Assembly: GCF_042660085.1 (NCBI RefSeq)
Contig: NZ_JBHSTI010000008.1
Span: 2,235,604 to 2,267,603, forward strand
Source: Longivirga aurantiaca
Lineage (GTDB): Bacteria; Actinomycetota; Actinomycetes; S36-B12; CAIYMF01
Direction of reading: 5' to 3'
DNA: 32,000 nucleotides
The notes under the pieces were generated by a model. That model saw only the letters and a program-made list of their open reading frames with translations, did no database searches and was not told the DNA's origin. Below, one piece after another: positions 15,390-23,521 of this stretch. Position 1 is the stretch's first letter, and each line of letters opens with the position of its first letter. The translations under genes were made by a program, and so were the position numbers.

Positions 15390-15753
15390 TGGTGCCCCCG
15401 GTGCCCTCGGTCTGGTCCGACCCCGCGTCGAGCGCGACCGGCTCGCCCGCGGACGGTGCACCGACGGCCAGCGGGTCACCCGTCCAGGCGTCGGTCTCGT
15501 TGGCCCGGCCCGAACGCGTCCAGCCGGGAGCCTTGACGAGCAGCCACACGAGCGCGGCCACGACCAGCGGGATGCCCACGAACACGAGGAACGCCGTCCC
15601 GACAGACATCGTCGTCCCGCGCTGCTCGCCGTCGTCGAAGGTCAGGTCACGACCCGGAAGGGCTGCGGCGGGGCCGGCTGCCACGGCGGTGAGCGCGACG
15701 GCGGTGACGACGACTGCTGCGGCCCGGGAACGGGCGCGGAGGGTGGAGGCCAT
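15376..15753 (-). CDS. Small exported/membrane protein (signal-like N-terminus plus one TM helix).
   Basis: ATG at 15753 with AGGA about 9 nt upstream, and high GC3. The sequence is MASTLRARSRAAAVVVTAVALTAVAAGPAAA|LPG followed by the TM helix AFLVFVGIPLVVAALVWLLV. It is translationally overlapped with the DUF5130 gene. Confidence 0.7.
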   Translation of the reverse strand: MASTLRARSRAAAVVVTAVALTAVAAGPAAALPGRDLTFDDGEQRGTTMSVGTAFLVFVGIPLVVAALVWLLVKAPGWTRSGRANETDAWTGDPLAVGAPSAGEPVALDAGSDQTEGTGGTSARW

Positions 15754-15809
15754 GGTCGGATCCTATTCCCGTCCGGCCGCACCCGGTGCCGCCAGCAGCA
15801 GCAGGCCGG

Positions 15810-17930
15810 TCACCCGGCGATGGTCGCGACCATCCGGCGCAGCAGCGCATTGCCCGGCAGGTCGTCCACGAGCACGGGGTTGCCAGCGCCGTCGGTCAGG
15901 GGCACCCGCCAGTTGGGGTACTCCTGGTCGGTGCCGGGCTGGTTCTGGGCGCGCTTGTCACCGACGGCGTCGGCGAGCGAGATGCACAGCAGCCGCGCGG
16001 GCGTCTGGGCGATCAGCCGGTGCAGCGCCTCGACCACCTCGTCGGCTCCCGCGCCCGGCCTCAGCAGACCACGACCCTGGAGCAGCCCGACCCAGGCGGC
16101 CAGGTCGCGCCGCGCCGCCTCGAGCTCCTCCTCGTACGACGTCGCCAGGAGGCCCAGCTCGTGCCGCAGCCGGACGTGCTCGCCCTCGATGAACGCCCAC
16201 GTGGGCGGGAGGTCGTGGGTGGTCACGCTCGTGAGGGCCAGCTCGCGCCAGTGCTCGGGGTGCAGCGGGGCGCCCTGCTGGTCGGCCTCGAACCACAGGA
16301 TCGAGGTGCCGAGGATGCCGCGCTCGCGCAGGACGTCCTGCACCCATGCCTCGACGGTGCCGAGGTCCTCGCCGATGACGACGGCGCCGGCGCGCTGCGC
16401 CTCGAGCGCGAGGATCCCGACGAGCGCCTCGTGGTCGTAGCGGACGTAGGTGCCGAGGTTGGCCGGCATGCCGCGCGGGATCCACCAGAGACGGAACAGG
16501 CCGAGCACGTGGTCGATGCGGATGCCGCCCGCGTGCCGCAGCACCGTGCGCAGCATGTCGCGGTACGGGATGAACGCGGCCTCGGCCAGGGCGTCCGGAC
16601 GCCACGGCGGCTGCGACCAGTCCTGCCCCATCTGGTTGTACATGTCCGGCGGTGCGCCGACGGCGACGTCCTTCGCGAGCACGTCGCGCAGGGCCCAGGC
16701 GTCGGCGCCCTCGGGGTGCACACCGACCGCGAGGTCGTGCATGACGCCGATGGCCATGCCGGAGTCGATCGCGGCCTCCTGCGCCGCCGCGAGCTGCTCG
16801 TCGAGCACCCACTGCAGCCAGGTGTGGAACTCCACGAGGTCGGCGAGCTCGGCGCGGGCCTTCTCGGTCGCCGGGCCCTTCGGGTCGGCGAGCTCCTCGG
16901 GCCAGTCGGCCGGCTGACCGTAGGTGTCGCCGAGGGCGCACCAGAGGGCGAAGTCGTCGAGGCCCGCGCCCTCGCGCTCGCGGAAGGCGGCGTAGCGCGC
17001 CCTGCGTCCCGGCGACAGCGGCACGGCATGCACGAACTCCAGCGCCGACCGCTTGGCCGCCCAGACGGGGTCGCGCTCGAGGAGGTCGGCCGTGACGTTG
17101 GTGGCCTTCACGGGCGCCGACAGCATCGTCATCGCCTTGTGCCCCGCCTCGGAGAGGTAGGCGTACTCCGGCACGTCCTCGACCCGGATGTAGATCGGGT
17201 TGGCGAAGCGGCGGGTCACGGGGAGGTACGGCGAGGGCGCCATCGGCGGCACGGGCGACGCCGCGTGCAGCGGGTTGATGAGCACGAAGTCGGCCCCGAG
17301 GTCGTGGCCGCTCCACGCCACGAGGTCGGAGAGGTCGCCGAGGTCGCCGAGGCCCCAGGAGCGGGAGGAGCGGACCGAGTACAGCTGGGCGCCGAAGCCC
17401 CAGCCACGACGGCCGCGGAGCCGCTCGGGCAGCTCGAGCCGGCGAGGGGTCACGACCAGCGTGGTGCCGATGGGACGGGTGCCGCCGTCGGCACTGCGCA
17501 GCTCGCCGTGCAACCGGTGCCAGCCCGTCGGCAGGTCGGTCGGGAAGGCGAACGTGGCCTCGCCGACCAGCGAGCCGTCGACGTCGACCGGCTCGACCCA
17601 CCGGTCGACCTGCACGACGTCGCTGCGGCTTCCGCCGTCCTCGAGCTCGATCCAGAGGCGCGCGCTGTCGCCGTGCGGGAGGTGGACCCAGGTGGTCGCC
17701 GGCTCGCCCTGACGGACCACGAACACCGGCGGCAACGCCTTGCGCCAGTCGCGCATCCGGCGCTCGTGCAGCGCCGAGGCGATCCCGCCCGGGCTGGTGG
17801 CGTCGACACCGAGGGCGGCGAGGACGGCGACCACGGTCTCGGTCGGCACCGCCTGGTGCTGGCCGGCCTGGTCCCAGAACTCCGTCGCTACGCCGTAGGC
17901 CGCCGCGAGGGCAGCAAGGTCAGTGTCCAC
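15810..17930 (-). CDS. malQ: 4-alpha-glucanotransferase (GH77, long actinobacterial form).
   Basis: GTG at 17930 with AGGATGGGG upstream. 706 aa with GH77 hallmarks (GADFVLINPLHA, IRIDHVLGLFRLWWIP, VIGEDLGTV, TTHDLPP). Confidence 0.92.
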   Translation of the reverse strand: MDTDLAALAAAYGVATEFWDQAGQHQAVPTETVVAVLAALGVDATSPGGIASALHERRMRDWRKALPPVFVVRQGEPATTWVHLPHGDSARLWIELEDGGSRSDVVQVDRWVEPVDVDGSLVGEATFAFPTDLPTGWHRLHGELRSADGGTRPIGTTLVVTPRRLELPERLRGRRGWGFGAQLYSVRSSRSWGLGDLGDLSDLVAWSGHDLGADFVLINPLHAASPVPPMAPSPYLPVTRRFANPIYIRVEDVPEYAYLSEAGHKAMTMLSAPVKATNVTADLLERDPVWAAKRSALEFVHAVPLSPGRRARYAAFREREGAGLDDFALWCALGDTYGQPADWPEELADPKGPATEKARAELADLVEFHTWLQWVLDEQLAAAQEAAIDSGMAIGVMHDLAVGVHPEGADAWALRDVLAKDVAVGAPPDMYNQMGQDWSQPPWRPDALAEAAFIPYRDMLRTVLRHAGGIRIDHVLGLFRLWWIPRGMPANLGTYVRYDHEALVGILALEAQRAGAVVIGEDLGTVEAWVQDVLRERGILGTSILWFEADQQGAPLHPEHWRELALTSVTTHDLPPTWAFIEGEHVRLRHELGLLATSYEEELEAARRDLAAWVGLLQGRGLLRPGAGADEVVEALHRLIAQTPARLLCISLADAVGDKRAQNQPGTDQEYPNWRVPLTDGAGNPVLVDDLPGNALLRRMVATIAG

Positions 17931-17995
17931 GACCCCATCCTGCCCACTTCACGGGCCGGTATTCCAGACCGGGGGGCCTCCGGATGAAAACGCTG

Positions 17996-19444
17996 TCACA
18001 CCGCCGACCACAGCGGCGGGCGTCGGTGCGCCCACGGCGCGGCCTCCTCGAGCTGGGCCGCGAGCATGACGAGGGTGGCCTCGTCGTAGGGCCGGCCGAC
18101 CAGCTGGACGCCCACGGGCAGCGTGACCCCGTCGACCTCGGGCCACGCGATCGGCACCGAGACCGCCGGGAGCCCCGTGATGTTGTAGGGCGCGGTGAAC
18201 GGCGTGAACCGCTTCTGCGCCTCGAAGTCGGCGGCCGGGTCGTCGTCGTCGCGCAGGCCGCCGGGCCCGACCAGCGAGGGCAGCTGAGCGAGCGTGGGCG
18301 TGAGGATCGCGTCGTACGCCGAGGTCGCGTTGATCACCATGCGCGTGAGCAGCCGCATGGTGGAGACCGAGCCGGCCAGCTGGATGCCGCTCACCTGCCG
18401 GCCGCGCTCGCGCAGCCAGCGCGTCAGGGGCTGCAGGCGCTGCTCGTCCTCAGGGAGCACCGGGGTGAGCAGCGCGAGCACCGACCACACCGACTCGAAG
18501 GCGGGCACCGACTCCGGGCCGAACGGCGGCGGCACGTCCTCGACGGTGTGCCCGAGTCCCTCGAGCAGCCGCGAGGCCTCGTCCCACGCGGCCAGGCAGT
18601 GCGGGTCGACGTCCGCCTCGGCGATGACGGGCGTCGCGTAGCGCCCGATCCGCAGCCGACCGGGATCGCGGCCCGCTGCGGCGAGGAACGTCTCGCCGGC
18701 CGCCATGGGCCGCGCCGGGAACGGGTCGTCGGGGAACGGCCCGGCGAGCACGTCGAGGAGAGCGGCGGCGTCGGCCACCGTGCGCGCGAGGACCCCCTGG
18801 GTGGGCAGCTCGCCGACCGGATCGCGCAACGGGCCGTTGGAGATCCGGCCGCGCGCGGGCTTGATGCCGACGAGACCGGTGACGCTCGCAGGGATGCGGA
18901 TCGAGCCGCCGCCGTCCGAGCCGTGGCCCGCGCTCGCGAGCCCGGCCGCGACCGCGGCGGCCGCTCCCCCGCTGCTCCCGCCGGCGGAGCGCGAGAGGTC
19001 CCACGGCGTCCGAGCCGGTGGCGCCACGGCCGTCTCGGTGTAGCAGGGCAGGCCGAACTCGGGCGTGTTCGTCTTGCCCGTGATGACGAGCCCGCCCTGG
19101 CGCATGCGCGTCACCACGTTGTCGTCGCCGTACGGCGTCATGTCGTACGCCACCGAGCCCAGGGTGCACCGCACGCCGGCCACGAAGACCAGGTCCTTCG
19201 CGGGGACGACGGTGCCGAACAGCGCGCCGAGCGGCTCGCCGGCATCGGCAGCCGCGATGCGCGCATCGGCGGCCCGCGCCGCGTCGCGGGCGAGGTCGTC
19301 GGTGCGCGTGATGAACGCGCCCACCGTCTCGTCGAGCCGGTCGGTCCGTGCGATGTAGTGCTCGGTCAGCTCGAGCGAGCTGACCTCGCCGCTGCGGATC
19401 GCCGCCGCCTGTTCGAGCGCCGTGAGGTCGTGGAGGTCAGCCAT
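17996..19444 (-). CDS. Amidase-signature family amidase.
   Basis: The ATG at 19442-19444 gives MADLHDLTALEQAAAIRSGEVSS.... The signature is GGSSGGAAAAVAAGL...GSDGGGSIRIPAS, with the catalytic Lys in VPAKDL. Confidence 0.9.
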   Translation of the reverse strand: MADLHDLTALEQAAAIRSGEVSSLELTEHYIARTDRLDETVGAFITRTDDLARDAARAADARIAAADAGEPLGALFGTVVPAKDLVFVAGVRCTLGSVAYDMTPYGDDNVVTRMRQGGLVITGKTNTPEFGLPCYTETAVAPPARTPWDLSRSAGGSSGGAAAAVAAGLASAGHGSDGGGSIRIPASVTGLVGIKPARGRISNGPLRDPVGELPTQGVLARTVADAAALLDVLAGPFPDDPFPARPMAAGETFLAAAGRDPGRLRIGRYATPVIAEADVDPHCLAAWDEASRLLEGLGHTVEDVPPPFGPESVPAFESVWSVLALLTPVLPEDEQRLQPLTRWLRERGRQVSGIQLAGSVSTMRLLTRMVINATSAYDAILTPTLAQLPSLVGPGGLRDDDDPAADFEAQKRFTPFTAPYNITGLPAVSVPIAWPEVDGVTLPVGVQLVGRPYDEATLVMLAAQLEEAAPWAHRRPPLWSAV

Positions 19445-19518
19445 GGCGCCATGATCGCGTCGAACCCGCGACTTGTTCGGAGAACCCGGCCGTCGACCCC
19501 ATCCGCTCACCCTGGTCA

Positions 19519-19550
19519 ATCCGTCGCGACCCGGCCCGGAAGCGACGGAT
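19519..19550 (-). terminator. Perfect 9-bp stem hairpin downstream of the 105-aa gene and upstream of the amidase gene.
   Basis: ATCCGTCGC-(14 nt)-GCGACGGAT. It lies 21 nt after the stop at 19571 (minus-strand sense). There is no U tract and the loop is large, so terminator function is uncertain. Confidence 0.35.
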
Positions 19551-19570
19551 GGATCAGTATCAGCGGGGGG

Positions 19571-19888
19571 TCAGCCGAGGAGCCGGCCGATGAGGAAGCC
19601 CACGAGCACGATGACGACCAGCGCCGTGAGGATCGCGACGAAGCACCCGAGGTAGCCGAGCAGCCGGGTCCGCGGTGCACCGCGCCACAGCGCCTCGGAC
19701 TCCGACCGGGCGACCGCCACGGGGCGCACGCGGTCGATCCAGGCGTCGAGGTGGGCAGGGGTGCAGAAGGCGAGGTCGGCGTCCACCTCGTGCCCGTCGG
19801 CGTCGACGTACAGCGCCGCCAGGGGCACGCCGCCATCGGCCATGGGCTCGCCGCACTCGGCGCACGGCAGGTCGACGGGCGTGCTCAC
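19571..19888 (-). CDS. Tail-anchored small protein with an N-terminal CxxC...CxxxH motif (105 aa).
   Basis: GTG start at 19888. GC3 is uniformly high where I read the codons. Sequence: MSTPVDLPCAECGEPM...AFCTPAHLDAW, then the C-terminal TM helix LLGYLGCFVAILTALVVIVLVGFLIG. No obvious Shine-Dalgarno sequence. Confidence 0.6.
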   Translation of the reverse strand: MSTPVDLPCAECGEPMADGGVPLAALYVDADGHEVDADLAFCTPAHLDAWIDRVRPVAVARSESEALWRGAPRTRLLGYLGCFVAILTALVVIVLVGFLIGRLLG

Positions 19889-19948
19889 GGGGAACAGCGT
19901 GGCAGCCCCGACGGCGTTTGGAACAGGGTCGGAGCGCAGTGCGTCCGG

Positions 19949-20107
19949 TCAGCCGTGGGTGTGCTGGTCCCACCCGAGCCTGATGGCGACGTTGGCGTCC
20001 GGGATCTCCTGCTTGCCGCAGCGCAGGCAGACGATGGCCCGGATCCGGTCCTCGAGCGTGACGGCGTGCCAGGCGTGGAACCCGATGATGCAGGTCAGCG
20101 GCCTCAT
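19949..20107 (-). CDS. 52-aa Cys/His-containing small protein.
   Basis: ATG at 20105-20107 with GGGGAGAG about 5 nt upstream. Every codon I read ends in G/C. Sequence: MRPLTCIIGFHAWHAVTLEDRIRAIVCLRCGKQEIPDANVAIRLGWDQHTHG. The C-x4-H-x2-H...CxxCG pattern resembles small DUF1660-like proteins from memory (unverified). Confidence 0.65.
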   Translation of the reverse strand: MRPLTCIIGFHAWHAVTLEDRIRAIVCLRCGKQEIPDANVAIRLGWDQHTHG

Positions 20108-20286
20108 GAGCTCTCCCCGTGGTCGGATCTCCCGATGCCACCACCGTCCTCCTCGCCGACCGCCGACGTGGGCGGATGCAGCAGCGCGTGACGGCGGCGG
20201 CACCGGGAGTGTCCGCGCGACGGGACGGCGCGCCGGAAGGGGCAGGGCGGGAGGCGGGGCGCACCTGCGCTCTTAGGGTGTGCGAC

Positions 20287-22380
20287 GTGCCGCTGTACCC
20301 CGATGCCCCGCGCCTCGACGTCGTCGACGACCTCCACGGTCGACCCGTCCCCGACCCCTACCGCTGGCTCGAGAGCGGAGAAGCCGGCGACGATGCGCCG
20401 CGCGCAGCCTGGTCGGCGCAGCAGGCGGAGCTGTACGACGCCGAGGCCGCCACCTGGACGACCACCGAGCACTGGCGCGCACGGGTCGGCGCCCTGCTCA
20501 AGGCCGGCGGCGTCGGCCCGCCCGCGCACCGCGGCGACCGCGCGTTCTTCATGCGCCGCGAGCCCGACGGCGACATGGCCGTGCTCTGGACCATCGACCC
20601 CGACGGCACCGAGCGGGTGCTCATCGACCCGATGCAGCTCGACCCCGAGGGCCACACCACGCTCGACGCGTTCCAGCCGAGCAAGGAGGGGCACCTCCTC
20701 GCCTACCAGCTCTCCGTGGGAGGCACGGAGGAGCCCGACCTCTTCGTCATGGACGTCGCGACCGGTGAGCAGCTCGAGGGTCCGATCGGCCGCGTGCGCT
20801 TCTCGCCGATCGCCTGGCTGCCGGGAGCAGAGGCGTACTACTACGTGCGCCGCCTCGACCCGTCGCTGGTGCCCGAGAACGAGCGGCCCTTCCACCGACG
20901 CGTCTACCTGCACCGCCTCGGCGCCGACCCGGGCACCGACGTCGAGATCTTCGGCGCCGACCGCACGATCACCAACTACTACGGCGTCTCGGTCAGCATC
21001 GACGGCCGCTGGCTGCAGGTGTCATCGCAGGAGGGCACCGAGCCGCGCAACGACCTCTGGATCGCCGACCTCACGACGTCCTCCCTCGAGGCCCCCGAGC
21101 TCGTGCCGGTGCAGGTCGACGTCGACGCCCAGACCGGCATCTCGTTCGGCCGCGACGGCCGCTTCTACGTCCACACCGATCGCGATGCGCCGATGGGCCG
21201 CCTCGCCGTGGTCGACCCCGCGACGCCGACGGCCGAGAACTGGGTGGACCTCCTGCCGGAGGACCCGACCGCCGTGCTCGAGGACTTCGCCGTCCTCGAC
21301 GGCGACGACATGCCCGAGCCGCGGCTGCTCGCGACCTGGTCGAGGCACGGCGTCGGCGAGATGACGCTGCACGACCTCGCCACCGGCGCGAAGCTCGACG
21401 ACGTCGCGCTCCCCGGCATCGGCACCCTCGGCGGGATCGTCGAGCGGCCGGACGGCGGCCCGGTCGTGTGGTTCGTCTACACCGACTACACGACGCCGTC
21501 GAACGTCTACACGTACGACGGGCGCACGGGCGCGGTCACGCTGTACGCGTCGCCGCCCGGGCACGTCGACGTGCCCACCGTCTTCAGCCGCCAGGAGACC
21601 TTCACGTCGAAGGACGGCACGACCGTCCGCATGTTCGTGCTGTCCCCGTCCGACGGCCCCGACCGTCCGCGTCCCACGCTGCTCTCCGGCTACGGCGGCT
21701 TCGGCATCGCGATGCAGCCGGCGTACTCGTCGACGTCGCTCGCCTGGGTCGAGGCCGGGGGCGTGTACGCCGTCGCCTGCATCCGCGGCGGTGGCGACGA
21801 GGGCGAGGAGTGGCATCGCGACGGCATGCTGGCCAACAAGCAGAACGTGTTCGACGACTTCCACGCCGCGCAGGAGCACCTGATCGCGACCGGCCGCACC
21901 ACTCCGGAGCAGCTCGCGGTGATCGGCGGCAGCAACGGCGGCCTGCTCATGGGAGCGGTCGTCACGCAGCGACCGGATCTCGCGCGCACCGTCGTCTGCC
22001 AGGCGCCGCTGCTCGACATGGTGCGCTACACGACCTCGCAGCTCGGGCAGAGCTGGACGGTCGAGTACGGCGACCCCACGGTGCCGGAGGAGCTCGACTG
22101 GCTGCTGTCGTACTCGCCGTACCACAACGTGCCCGAGGGCACCGACTTCCCGGCCCTGCTCATGATGGTGTTCGACAACGACAGCCGCACCGACCCCATG
22201 CACGGGCGCAAGTTCGTCGCAGCCGTGCAGCACGCGTCGAAGGGCGACCGGCCGATCGTGCTGCGCACCGAGGCCAACGTCGGCCACGGCGCCCGCTCGG
22301 TGGCGAAGTCGGTGGACGAGATGGCCGAGACGCTCGCCTTCGTCGCGCACTGGACGGGGCTCGAGCCGGGCGCCGGTTAG
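20287..22380 (+). CDS. Prolyl oligopeptidase (S9A family serine peptidase).
   Basis: N-terminus VPLYPDAPRLDVVDDLHGRPVPDPYRWLE. Catalytic GGSNGGLL (Ser) and a C-terminal NVGHG (His). The start is the GTG at 20287 (AGGG 8 nt upstream) or the GTG at 20278. Confidence 0.9.
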   Translation: MPLYPDAPRLDVVDDLHGRPVPDPYRWLESGEAGDDAPRAAWSAQQAELYDAEAATWTTTEHWRARVGALLKAGGVGPPAHRGDRAFFMRREPDGDMAVLWTIDPDGTERVLIDPMQLDPEGHTTLDAFQPSKEGHLLAYQLSVGGTEEPDLFVMDVATGEQLEGPIGRVRFSPIAWLPGAEAYYYVRRLDPSLVPENERPFHRRVYLHRLGADPGTDVEIFGADRTITNYYGVSVSIDGRWLQVSSQEGTEPRNDLWIADLTTSSLEAPELVPVQVDVDAQTGISFGRDGRFYVHTDRDAPMGRLAVVDPATPTAENWVDLLPEDPTAVLEDFAVLDGDDMPEPRLLATWSRHGVGEMTLHDLATGAKLDDVALPGIGTLGGIVERPDGGPVVWFVYTDYTTPSNVYTYDGRTGAVTLYASPPGHVDVPTVFSRQETFTSKDGTTVRMFVLSPSDGPDRPRPTLLSGYGGFGIAMQPAYSSTSLAWVEAGGVYAVACIRGGGDEGEEWHRDGMLANKQNVFDDFHAAQEHLIATGRTTPEQLAVIGGSNGGLLMGAVVTQRPDLARTVVCQAPLLDMVRYTTSQLGQSWTVEYGDPTVPEELDWLLSYSPYHNVPEGTDFPALLMMVFDNDSRTDPMHGRKFVAAVQHASKGDRPIVLRTEANVGHGARSVAKSVDEMAETLAFVAHWTGLEPGAG

Positions 22381-22390
22381 GCTCGTCCAC

Positions 22391-23368
22391 GTGACCGGAT
22401 CCCTGCTCGCGAGCACCGCCAAGGACACCAAGGCGGGCAATGCGGCCGTCGACGTCCTCACGAGCGTCTGGAACTGGTTCCTCGACTACGCCCTGACGAT
22501 CGGGCTCACCATCGCGTTCTCCCTGCTGATCTGGTGGATCTGCATCCGGATCATCCGCCGGGTCACCGAGCAGGCGAAGAAGCGGCTGCGGCAGGACCGA
22601 CCAGGTCAGGCCCGCGCGGCCGAGCACACGCAGGAGCTGACCGCCGTCCTCATGACCGCACGGCGCGAGCAGCGCGCCGAGGCGCTCGGGCAGCTCATGC
22701 GCAGCATCGTGACCTTCACGATCTTCGGGCTCGGGATCCTCGTCGTGCTGGCCCAGGCCGGGGTCAACCTCACGCCGATCCTCGCCAGCGCCGGCGTCGT
22801 CGGCGTCGCGCTCGGCTTCGGCGCGCAGACGCTCGTCAAGGACTTCCTGTCCGGCATCTTCCTCGTGCTGGAGGACCAGTTCGGCGTCGGCGACGTCGTC
22901 GACCTCGGCCCTGCGATCGGCACGGTGGAGGAGGTCACGCTGCGCATCACGCGCGTCCGCGACCTGTCCGGCATCGTCTGGTACGTGCGCAACGGCGAGA
23001 TCCTGCGCGTCGGCAACCGGTCGCAGGGCTGGACCACCGCCGTGGTCGACGTGCCCGTCGCGTTCAACGAGGACCTCGACCGCGTCCGCCGCATCGTCGA
23101 CAAGGTCGGCACGATGATGGACGGCGACCCGGCGTACGACGGGATCCTGTTCGGGATGCCCACCTATGCCGGCGTCGAGAGCGTGAGCGGTGACGCGATG
23201 TTCGTGCGGGTCATCGCCAAGGCCGCGCCCGACCAGCAGATGACCGCCGCGCGGGCGATCCGCGAGCAGATCAAGCTCGGCTTCGACGAGGCCGGCATCA
23301 AGGTGCCCGTGCTGGTGCGCCAGAACCTGCCGGGCAGCACTCCCCCCGCGACGCCGCCTCCCGCCTAG
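22391..23368 (+). CDS. Mechanosensitive ion channel (MscS family).
   Basis: GTG at 22391. TM helices followed by the pore/beta-domain signature GFGAQTLVKDFLSGIFLVLEDQFGVGDVV...GTVEEVTLRITRVRDLSGIVWYVRNGEI. Confidence 0.9.
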   Translation: MTGSLLASTAKDTKAGNAAVDVLTSVWNWFLDYALTIGLTIAFSLLIWWICIRIIRRVTEQAKKRLRQDRPGQARAAEHTQELTAVLMTARREQRAEALGQLMRSIVTFTIFGLGILVVLAQAGVNLTPILASAGVVGVALGFGAQTLVKDFLSGIFLVLEDQFGVGDVVDLGPAIGTVEEVTLRITRVRDLSGIVWYVRNGEILRVGNRSQGWTTAVVDVPVAFNEDLDRVRRIVDKVGTMMDGDPAYDGILFGMPTYAGVESVSGDAMFVRVIAKAAPDQQMTAARAIREQIKLGFDEAGIKVPVLVRQNLPGSTPPATPPPA

Positions 23369-23412
23369 CTGAGTGCCGATCACGTCGCAGAGCGCACCCT
23401 GGTTACCCAGCC
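23364..23412. repeat. Copy 1 of a perfect 49-bp direct repeat.
   Basis: CCTAGCTGAGTGCCGATCACGTCGCAGAGCGCACCCTGGTTACCCAGCC. It overlaps the mscS TAG stop (23366-23368). Confidence 0.95.
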
Positions 23413-23424
23413 TGACCCTCTGTA

Positions 23425-23473
23425 CCTAGCTGAGTGCCGATCACGTCGCAGAGCGCACCCTGGTTACCCAGCC
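23425..23473. repeat. Copy 2 of the perfect 49-bp direct repeat.
   Basis: Identical 49 nt, separated from copy 1 by a unique 12-nt spacer (TGACCCTCTGTA). It ends 48 nt before the ATG at 23522. Confidence 0.95.
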
Positions 23474-23521
23474 AGCGGCGCTCGCGCTGCGCCTCGCCGC
23501 CATCCCCGACAGACTGCAGGC

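Noticed and set aside
23364-23473. The 49-bp repeats as a minimal CRISPR array or att-site duplication.
   Set aside because: There are only two copies, the 12-nt spacer is far too short for CRISPR, and there are no cas genes. The copies are too close together to flank an integrated element, and no integrase is nearby.
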